Part shown: one piece after another, positions 56,768 to 64,000 of the stretch
Numbering within the stretch: the first letter of the stretch is position 1
How the letters are laid out: each line of letters starts with the position of its first letter
DNA from: Shackletoniella antarctica
GTDB taxonomy: Bacteria > Cyanobacteriota > Cyanobacteriia > Phormidesmidales > Phormidesmidaceae
Direction of reading: 5' to 3'
Assembly (NCBI GenBank): GCA_003241845.1
Contig: QBMN01000001.1
Coordinates: forward strand, 1,424-65,423
DNA length: 64,000 nt
Notes under the pieces: model-generated
What the model was told of the DNA's origin: nothing
The model's input: the letters and a program-made list of their open reading frames with translations, nothing else
The model's database searches: none
Made by a program: the position numbers and the translations under genes

Positions 56768-57120
56768 ATCAACTAATTGCGAACCTCCATCGAGTGGACT
56801 ACCGGAAACACTTGTATAACGGTACTTTTTTAGGACGACTGCCCACGTCCGGCACACTATGGGATTGCAACGATGAAAATCGTGAATTTGCGGCTGGTTT
56901 TGCGGTTTCTCTAAGTGGTCTTACGGGATTGGCTTTAGCCAGATTGTCTTGGATGGCGCGGCTGTGGATGTTGAGGGGGCGTCGGCCTATTCAAATACCC
57001 GGTGAGCGCCACTACTGAAGACCGGGCCAAGGGGGCTGCTGCGGGGGTGTGGAAGGCTGAGAAATGACAAAGACCTGTGGCCTGGGTAGTATCAGCGTAT
57101 TAAGGCAGGAGGGGCCGACC

Positions 57121-57279
57121 ATGACAACGCCAGACAACTCAACCCCAGAACGCATTGTCAGGTTTACCGTTGATATGCCGGAATCTCTGCATGAACAGCT
57201 GTCTCAGAAAGCAGACCACTACGGGAAGAAGAAGGCCATGGTGGTTCGGTTGGCGATCGCGCAGACATTAAAGGATTGA
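57121..57279 (+). CDS. Ribbon-helix-helix (CopG-like) protein
   Basis: RIVRFTVDMPESLHEQLSQKADHYGKKKAMVVRLAIAQTL. Confidence 0.6.
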   Translation: MTTPDNSTPERIVRFTVDMPESLHEQLSQKADHYGKKKAMVVRLAIAQTLKD

Positions 57280-57334
57280 GACGATGGGGCTAGAATTCAC
57301 TGGGCTGAACTATTCTCCTGAGTAATTGCATTAG

Positions 57335-57853
57335 GTGGAAGACATGGATCCGTTGAACAATTGGGCTATCAACCTGGCAGCAGCAACAGACCCGTCTGAG
57401 ACTGACCTGGCTCCTGATATTTTGGCGGCTTACCTGGAAGGGGGCGATAGTAGGACAGAACTATTTAAGCAAACCGATACCAGCATTGCTGGAGGCTTTG
57501 GCCCCGGCAGTGCGATCGCATTATTGCCTTTGGTGTTGCGCGGCATTGCCGCAGCGGGCAAGTGGGTACTAACCTTAATCTCTGCCGATGCAACTGGCAA
57601 TATTGTGAGTGTCGTCAAGGACTTGCTAGACATCGGCAAAGATGTCACCCCAAAAGAGAAACTGGAGCAGCTACCCGATACCAACCCCTATACGGCACTG
57701 AAGCGGGTCATTGACACCGTTGGAACCGAGCTACGGACGGCGGGTATTGAGGCCAATGAAGCTGACCTGATTACCTTCCGGGTCTTAGATTCTCTACTCG
57801 AAGACTCCCAGGGCACGGCCACGTTTATAGACCAGCTGGGGCCAAATCCATGA
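57335..57853 (+). CDS. Hypothetical protein (172 aa)
   Basis: GTG 57335 or ATG 57344. The stop overlaps the next start (ATGA at 57850-57853). Confidence 0.5.
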   Translation: MEDMDPLNNWAINLAAATDPSETDLAPDILAAYLEGGDSRTELFKQTDTSIAGGFGPGSAIALLPLVLRGIAAAGKWVLTLISADATGNIVSVVKDLLDIGKDVTPKEKLEQLPDTNPYTALKRVIDTVGTELRTAGIEANEADLITFRVLDSLLEDSQGTATFIDQLGPNP

Positions 57854-59163
57854 CCACCACAAGGCACATTAAAAGCAACGTGCTGCCTCCCTGGCTATGG
57901 TTCTGGCTGGTCGTGTTCTTCGTGCTGCTGCTGCCCTACTACTTGGCCGTCTGGATTCGCAACATTCAAGAGCTTTTCCAAACCCCTGCTGCTGGTATAG
58001 ACCCCGTGACCGGTGCCGCCTATCGAATCCTGGGCCTGGTGGGACTTCTAGAGTTAGTGCCGTCTCTGGCCCTGTTTCTGGGGATTATAGCCCTGCTGCG
58101 GCCTGCAATTAGAACCAATCGTCTGGAGAAGGAATACAAACTCAAGCCCGCTGGCCCCACAACTACGGTGATGGTTGAAATCCTAGAGTTTATTCACCAC
58201 CATGCTCCAGGAATTGAGGTTAGAGCAAATCGCCTACGCTTTGACCAGCCTCCTTTTGTGTACCCACTGGGGTTTGGCACAACTGCGATCGCTATCTTTG
58301 GTCAACTGGTCAAGCTATGGCAGTCAGATCGCCCAGCCGCAGAGGCAATCTTGCTCCACGAGTTAGCCCACTACCGCCACGGTGATGCCCTGATTATTGG
58401 CGCGGGTAGCCCGTTTAGGGGGGTGATTGAGCAGTGGGGTAAGCTCTACAGCCGACTCTTCTTAGTGCCCTTCATCCTGTCGTTTGTAGCGATTGCCATT
58501 CTCTTCTTTGGCGAGATCATCTACCTGATGTCGATGGGTGTCGGGGGGATTGGATTACTTGTCAGCGCTATTGTTCACAAATTGGTACAAACTGCCGGAA
58601 TGTTATTTTGGGCACTGTTCATTAGCTTTGGCCTGCTGATCTTTACGACCAGCGTGTTCATTGTGCCAATGGTGGCGATTTGGTGCTCTGAACTAAATGC
58701 AGATCAGGCTCCTGCCAGCCGGTCAGTTGAAGATGCCCTTAGTGCTCTCCATCGGCTCCCAGAACAAGCTCAAGGCCGGAAATGGCTATTATTTCGGCTG
58801 GCTCATCCCCCCGCCAAACTACGGCAGTGGATGGCCACAAACTCAGCCCATCTGTTGGGGAAGGTCACGCTGTTGCTGCTATTCCCTCTGTCCTTTGTCC
58901 TACAGGCATGGCTTCTGAGGTTGCTGAGGGCTTTGGGGCGGATCAATGGCATAGAGATTGTATCCATTGACCGGGTGGCCAGCCCCCAAACTATATCGGG
59001 GCTATGGCTAGTCGCCGCTGTACTGCTGATTGTGTGGCCCTTTTTGGCCTCAGCCTGGGAGAGAGTTTTTTGCAGTGGCCAGCGATCGCCTTCCCTTAAT
59101 CCTCTGGCCTACTGGGTGAGCGCTGGAGTTCTGGGTGGACTTGGCCTTTGGGGAATTTACTAG
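57850..59163 (+). CDS. Polytopic membrane M48/M56-like zinc metalloprotease
   Basis: HELAHYRHGD (HExxH) between TM blocks; at least 8 hydrophobic helices. Confidence 0.7.
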   Translation: MTTTRHIKSNVLPPWLWFWLVVFFVLLLPYYLAVWIRNIQELFQTPAAGIDPVTGAAYRILGLVGLLELVPSLALFLGIIALLRPAIRTNRLEKEYKLKPAGPTTTVMVEILEFIHHHAPGIEVRANRLRFDQPPFVYPLGFGTTAIAIFGQLVKLWQSDRPAAEAILLHELAHYRHGDALIIGAGSPFRGVIEQWGKLYSRLFLVPFILSFVAIAILFFGEIIYLMSMGVGGIGLLVSAIVHKLVQTAGMLFWALFISFGLLIFTTSVFIVPMVAIWCSELNADQAPASRSVEDALSALHRLPEQAQGRKWLLFRLAHPPAKLRQWMATNSAHLLGKVTLLLLFPLSFVLQAWLLRLLRALGRINGIEIVSIDRVASPQTISGLWLVAAVLLIVWPFLASAWERVFCSGQRSPSLNPLAYWVSAGVLGGLGLWGIY

Positions 59164-59554
59164 GATTTTTCTCGGCCCGAAATATTGAGTAATGTTAAGG
59201 GTTGTTCCATCATCCCGATGGGCACTCTGAGCTGAGTAGATAAAACAAGGCTATTTATGAAGCCTTATTTAAAGCAGGCATAAACGTTATTGATGCCGCT
59301 GTTTCAGGATGCAGTAATTGCGTTACAACTCTGCAAAGAGGAATTATCCTAAAACACATAGATTATCAACCATCAGAAGAGCATAGAGTAAGGTCAATAA
59401 CTACCCTGCATTGACTCCAAATGCACATTTTCGCAAATCTTATGTTTGCCTAATGAGCCATTTTTTACTCCTTGCTATGTGATCCCAATCTTTATTACAG
59501 CAGATAAGTAGGAGAACAGAATCATTTGTAAAACGCCGCAGCCTCTTCACAAAG

Positions 59555-59587
59555 CATCCAAACTCTTGAACGGTGAGAGTTTGGATG
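59555..59587 (+). terminator. 12-bp perfect stem hairpin in an AT-rich spacer
   Basis: CATCCAAACTCT-N9-AGAGTTTGGATG followed by TTT. A degenerate second copy of the left arm lies at 59691-59701. Confidence 0.35.
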
Positions 59588-59789
59588 TTTCAGCCTATCC
59601 TGCGTTTAATCTAGCCTTCTTACATATAAATATGTATCAACAGTTTGGTAATATTGTACTGATATTAGCGCGACAGCTCAATAACTCCGGCATCCAAACT
59701 CCACAAAGAAGAGTTCAGTCAGATCAAGCGCAGTAACGCCCTGCCTAAGAAAGGCTAGCCCTAAATTAACTTATTGACAGGTTGAACTT

Positions 59790-60179
59790 ATGAAAAATTC
59801 TATTTTTAGTTTTGGATTCTTGCTAGCTCTTGGTTTTATTGCTGGCGCAGCACTTCCCACTTCCGCTCAGCCAACCGATGAAAATCCTGTTTATCAAATC
59901 TGCACTAGAAAACCGGGTTCACGGGTCAACCTAAGGACAGGCCCAAGCACTAGCTTTGCTGTTGGGCTGGAACAGGTTGGCTCTGGTGGGAGAGCCGTTG
60001 ATAACACTTTTAGAGAACTGGGCTATTCCCTCGCCCAGGGTGACGTGCTGGGAGACCAAATTGACCAGTATCAAGTTGTTCAAAATTCCCAGGGCGAGTC
60101 GTGGTCGTTAGTAGGCACAAACCAATGGGTTGCCTGGGTTCGCTCTGACTTTATCTGCCCCATCAGGTTACAAAACTAA
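59790..60179 (+). CDS. Secreted SH3b-like small protein
   Basis: Signal peptide MKNSIFSFGFLLALGFIAGAALPTSAQ. SRVNLRTGPSTSF ... WVAWVRSDF. Confidence 0.55.
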   Translation: MKNSIFSFGFLLALGFIAGAALPTSAQPTDENPVYQICTRKPGSRVNLRTGPSTSFAVGLEQVGSGGRAVDNTFRELGYSLAQGDVLGDQIDQYQVVQNSQGESWSLVGTNQWVAWVRSDFICPIRLQN

Positions 60180-60316
60180 GACTACGTTCTAGCGAAGGGT
60201 GCCTCATGGTGCGATCGCATTTCCGAAGTTTTGATTGTGTTCTGGGGATAACCAGCTAAACAACAGCTAGAAATGGCCAAGGGGCCTGAAATATACAGGG
60301 GTAAGGCAAACAGGCA

Positions 60317-60997
60317 ATGACCACAATCTATCCAACTCAGGTCACATGCTCTCAATGTGGAACTGAGCATGAATTTATGGAGGTGGGTAGCACCAGTGTC
60401 TTTGGGTCGCCTGACCTTGACCTACGGCCTGCGCCTTTAGCAAGGTATAACCTTGGCTATGATGTCCAGCAATGCCCCAATTGCGGCTATTGTGCTGCTG
60501 ATATTTCCATACCCTTGGAATCTGATGTAGCTCAAAACCTAGTGTTGAGTGATGGCTACCAGAGCCAGCTACATCATGCTGACTTTCCAGAGTTAGCGAA
60601 ACAGTTTATCTGCCTGGCCCTACTTGCTGAGGCCGAAGGCGATCTACAAGCAACGGCCTGGGCCTACCTCCGCGCCGCCTGGGCCTGCGATGACGATGGA
60701 CAAGAGGCCCAGGCCAGCCATTGCCGAGCAAGAGCGGCTGAATACTTCCAGCAGAGGCACTCAGCCGATGCCGAGGATGAGCTGGACGTAGATGAAAAGG
60801 GCAGCCAAGAAGCGCTGTTGTCTGACGTGCTAAGACGGGCTGGGCAGTTTGAATCGGCCCAGGCAGTTTGTGAGCAGGGCTTGAGGGTGGCCACCAGCGA
60901 TGTTCTTCAAGCTGTCCTACGTTATGAACACAGTCTTATTAGTCAGCAGGACACTGGCTGTTACACGATTGAAAATGCAATGAGTACGGTGGCATAG
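60317..60997 (+). CDS. Zinc-ribbon plus helical-repeat protein (DUF2225-like guess)
   Basis: CSQCG ... CPNCGYC pairs followed by a TPR-like helical region. Confidence 0.45.
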   Translation: MTTIYPTQVTCSQCGTEHEFMEVGSTSVFGSPDLDLRPAPLARYNLGYDVQQCPNCGYCAADISIPLESDVAQNLVLSDGYQSQLHHADFPELAKQFICLALLAEAEGDLQATAWAYLRAAWACDDDGQEAQASHCRARAAEYFQQRHSADAEDELDVDEKGSQEALLSDVLRRAGQFESAQAVCEQGLRVATSDVLQAVLRYEHSLISQQDTGCYTIENAMSTVA

Positions 60998-61103
60998 GTT
61001 TTTTTGCAAGTGTTCTGGGGATAATAAGGCCAGGAGTTGTTTGATGGTCGCCCCAATGACGGAAATAGAAGGGTGTTGCTGACGGAAATTTGGTTCTGTT
61101 CTA

Positions 61104-64000
61104 ATGTCTGATCGTTTTTTTGAAGCCCCTATCCTCAACTCCCCCTATGCCTACCCAGCAGAGCATTGGGAGCTAGATGAGTCTCGCCAGCCCACAGGAC
61201 AGACGATCCCTACCCGTCGTCCTACGGATTTCATCACCCCCATTCCCAAGCCTCGAAAGCGGCGGCAGTCCCAGGATGCTGTACAGCAAACCCTTACTCT
61301 GTTTGATACCGAGGGCATTTCAGACGACTCCCAAGCCTACGACCTCTCTCTATACATCAACAGCATTCGGGAGAAGGTAAGCGCTTGGCGTAACCTGCCT
61401 GATCCTTCCACTTGGAAAGTTACCCCCACCACTGAAAAGCTGCTGCAACACTGGCGGCACTATCCCTTCGAGGGCATCCGCCCCTTCTTCTGTCAGGTCG
61501 AGGCTGTAGAAACGGCTATCTGGCTGGCGGAGGTGGCCCCCAAGGCAGGAAAGAAGGAGAAGGCTTTTCTTGAGCACATTCAGGCGGTTAACGAAGACGC
61601 CAACCCCGATATCCTGCGAGTCTGTCTCAAGCTAGCTACTGGGGCAGGGAAAACCACTGTCATGGCCATGTTGATCGCTTGGCAGACGCTCAATGCTGTG
61701 CGTAGCCCCAACAGCCAGCGGTTCACTAAAGACTTTCTGCTTGTCACCCCTGGCATTACCATTCGCGATCGCCTACAGGTTCTCAAGCCCAACGACCCCA
61801 ACAGCTACTACAGCACCCGCGACCTGGTGCCTAGCGATATGGTGCTTGACCTGCAAAAGGCCAATGTGGTCATCACCAACTACCATGCCTTCAAACTGCG
61901 GGAACGGTTACAGATAGCGGCTGGCACTAGGAAGCTACTCAAAGGGCGAGGTGAGGAACCCCAGACCGTCGAAACTGAAGGCCAGATGATCCAGCGGGTC
62001 ATGGGCAGTCTGGGCAAGAACGTCCTGGTGATCAACGACGAGGCCCACCACTGCTACCGGGAAAAGCCGGGTGAGGATGATGAGCCCGATCTGAAGGGCG
62101 ACGACAAGGACGAGGCCAAGAAAAATGCAGAAGCGGCCCGCCTGTGGATCTCTGGCCTGGAGGCGGTGAAGCGCAAGCTAGGAGTGCAGCGGGTCTACGA
62201 CCTCTCAGCTACGCCCTTCTTTCTCCGGGGTTCTGGCTATGCCGAGGGCACATTGTTTCCCTGGACAGTCAGCGACTTCTCACTGATGGATGCGATTGAG
62301 TGTGGCATCGTCAAGCTGCCCCGTGTGCCGGTGGCCGACAACGTACCAGGGGGCGACATGCCCAAGTTCCGCAACCTCTGGGAACACATCGGTAAGAACA
62401 TGCCTAAGAAGGGCAGAGGGGCCGCTAAGACCCTTGACCCACTCTCATTACCCAAAGAGCTTTGCACCGCCCTAGATGCCCTCTACGGCCACTACGTGAA
62501 GACCTTTGACCTGTGGCAGGAGCGGCAGATTCCAGTACCCCCGGTATTCATCGTGGTGTGCAACAACACCTCAACATCAAAGCTGGTCTACGACTACATA
62601 TCTGGCTTCACGCGGGAGAACGACGAGGGGGAGGAAGTTTACAACGCGGGTCGGCTGGAGCTATTTCGCAACTACGACGACTACGGCAACCGCCTCACCC
62701 GGCCCAAGACCCTGCTGATCGACAGTGAGCAGCTAGAGTCTGGGGATGCTCTCGACAAGAATTTTAGAGATATTGCTGCTGAAGAAATTGAGCGGTTCCG
62801 CTACGAGATTGGCCAACGGGACGGGTCAGCCGCCGCTGAGAAACTGACGGATCAAGACCTGCTGCGGGAGGTGATGAACACCGTTGGGAAGGAAGGCAAG
62901 CTGGGGGCCGAAATCCGTTGTGTTGTCTCTGTCTCCATGCTTACTGAAGGCTGGGATACCAACACTGTGACCCACGTTCTGGGGGTGCGGGCCTTTGGCA
63001 CTCAGCTACTCTGTGAGCAGGTGATTGGTCGAGCGCTGCGCCGCTACTCCTACGACCTCAACGAAGAGGGGCTATTCGATGTCGAGTACGCCGATGTGTT
63101 TGGCATTCCCTTTGACTTCACCGCTAAGCCCGTTGTTGCCAAGTCTAAGCCCCCCAAACGGACAGTCAATGTCAAAGCGGTGAAGCCGGAACGGGATGAG
63201 CTAGAAATTACCTTCCCCAATGTTCAGGGCTACCGGGTGGAGCTGCCCGATACCAAGCTAACGGCAGAGTTTACCCGAGACTCATTGCTTGAGCTAACCC
63301 CGTCGCTGGTGGGGGCTACCAAAACGCAGAACTCCGGCATCATTGGCGAAAGCGTTGATATGAACGTGAAGCACTTGGAGGGCGTGCGCGAGTCCACCGT
63401 CCTCTACGAACTCACCAAGCACCTGATCTACAACAAGTACCGTGACCCCGGCGAAGAACCCAAGATCCATCTGTTCGGCCAACTCAAGCGGATTGCGCGG
63501 CAGTGGATGAAGGATCACCTCAAATGCACTGGCGGCACTTGCCCAGCCCAGCTCATGTACCGGGAAATTGCCGATACCGCTTGCGATCGCATTAAGGCTG
63601 CCATCACTGAGGCCACCATTGGAGAGAAGCCGATCAAGGCTGTTCTCGATGCCTACAACCCCACCGGCACCACTGCCGCTGTCAACTTCAACACCTCCAA
63701 AGAAACCCTCTGGCAGACTGATCCGCGCCTCAGTCACGTCAACTGGGTGGTATGCGATAGCGACTGGGAAGCGGAGTTGTGCCGAGTGGTAGAGGGCCAT
63801 CGACGGGTCAAAGCCTATGTGAAAAACCAGGGCTTAGGGTTTGAGGTTCCCTATCTCTATGGCTCCACTCCCCGCAAGTACATCCCCGACTTCATTGTGT
63901 TGGTAGATGATGGCCACGGCCCCGATGACCTACTGAATCTGGTGGTGGAGGTTAAGGGCTACCGAGGCGAGGATGCCAAGGACAAGGCCAGCACCATGCG
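61104..64000 (+). CDS. Type III restriction Res-like SF2 helicase fused to a C-terminal PD-(D/E)xK nuclease; 3-prime end beyond the window
   Basis: Not in the supplied ORF track. My translation from ATG 61104 is stop-free to the edge (965 codons). Motif I LATGAGKTTVMA (~61632), motif II VINDEAHHC (~62034), SATP, motif VI LLCEQVIGRALRR, nuclease PDFIVLV...LVVEVKG (~63890-63960). Confidence 0.85.
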   Translation, partial: MSDRFFEAPILNSPYAYPAEHWELDESRQPTGQTIPTRRPTDFITPIPKPRKRRQSQDAVQQTLTLFDTEGISDDSQAYDLSLYINSIREKVSAWRNLPDPSTWKVTPTTEKLLQHWRHYPFEGIRPFFCQVEAVETAIWLAEVAPKAGKKEKAFLEHIQAVNEDANPDILRVCLKLATGAGKTTVMAMLIAWQTLNAVRSPNSQRFTKDFLLVTPGITIRDRLQVLKPNDPNSYYSTRDLVPSDMVLDLQKANVVITNYHAFKLRERLQIAAGTRKLLKGRGEEPQTVETEGQMIQRVMGSLGKNVLVINDEAHHCYREKPGEDDEPDLKGDDKDEAKKNAEAARLWISGLEAVKRKLGVQRVYDLSATPFFLRGSGYAEGTLFPWTVSDFSLMDAIECGIVKLPRVPVADNVPGGDMPKFRNLWEHIGKNMPKKGRGAAKTLDPLSLPKELCTALDALYGHYVKTFDLWQERQIPVPPVFIVVCNNTSTSKLVYDYISGFTRENDEGEEVYNAGRLELFRNYDDYGNRLTRPKTLLIDSEQLESGDALDKNFRDIAAEEIERFRYEIGQRDGSAAAEKLTDQDLLREVMNTVGKEGKLGAEIRCVVSVSMLTEGWDTNTVTHVLGVRAFGTQLLCEQVIGRALRRYSYDLNEEGLFDVEYADVFGIPFDFTAKPVVAKSKPPKRTVNVKAVKPERDELEITFPNVQGYRVELPDTKLTAEFTRDSLLELTPSLVGATKTQNSGIIGESVDMNVKHLEGVRESTVLYELTKHLIYNKYRDPGEEPKIHLFGQLKRIARQWMKDHLKCTGGTCPAQLMYREIADTACDRIKAAITEATIGEKPIKAVLDAYNPTGTTAAVNFNTSKETLWQTDPRLSHVNWVVCDSDWEAELCRVVEGHRRVKAYVKNQGLGFEVPYLYGSTPRKYIPDFIVLVDDGHGPDDLLNLVVEVKGYRGEDAKDKASTM

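Larger units (their letters stand above)
49161..64000. mobile_element. Putative integrated element / genomic island interrupting comM (only one boundary visible)
   Basis: comM homology stops at ~49160. Repeat-rich end at 49161-49345. Accessory gene content runs to the window edge. No recombinase is seen in the visible part. Confidence 0.5.

Overview
This is a chromosomal window from a GC-rich cyanobacterium. It carries psbA, ndhH, sqdB-sqdX, gyrA, rsmH, uppS and trxA, and the HIP1 octamer GCGATCGC is scattered through almost all GC-rich parts. About 60 protein-coding genes or pseudogenes are supported. I recognised no rRNA, tRNA or CRISPR array. Housekeeping genes are interleaved with accessory material: six Uma2-family (DUF820) endonuclease genes or fragments, a BrnT/BrnA pair and a RelE-type TA pair, a decayed MarR-ABC exporter operon, and a REP/RAYT remnant. 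There are also three AT-rich islets in which I saw no HIP1 (about 22.77-24.44 kb, 30.48-32.05 kb, 59.16-60.18 kb). Four things stand out. (1) comM is truncated at about 49.16 kb by an insertion that runs past the right edge (more than 14.8 kb visible). Its cargo is a six-gene membrane/envelope operon (HTH, TM-anchored AAA ATPase, DUF457-type membrane hydrolase, TVP38, HlyD-like, TolC-like), two paralogous secreted Cys proteins, and an RHH/unknown/M48-protease operon. It also carries a long type III Res-like helicase-nuclease ORF (61104 to beyond 64000) that is missing from the supplied ORF track. (2) An antitoxin-RelE-TIR three-gene cassette. (3) A two-gene AT-rich orphan cassette preceded by exactly phased 63-bp repeats. 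(4) A solo HTH-STAND-TPR NTPase. All functional calls rest on motif recognition by eye, not on database searches. Start codons were trimmed by eye where the track ORF had an implausible N-terminal extension.
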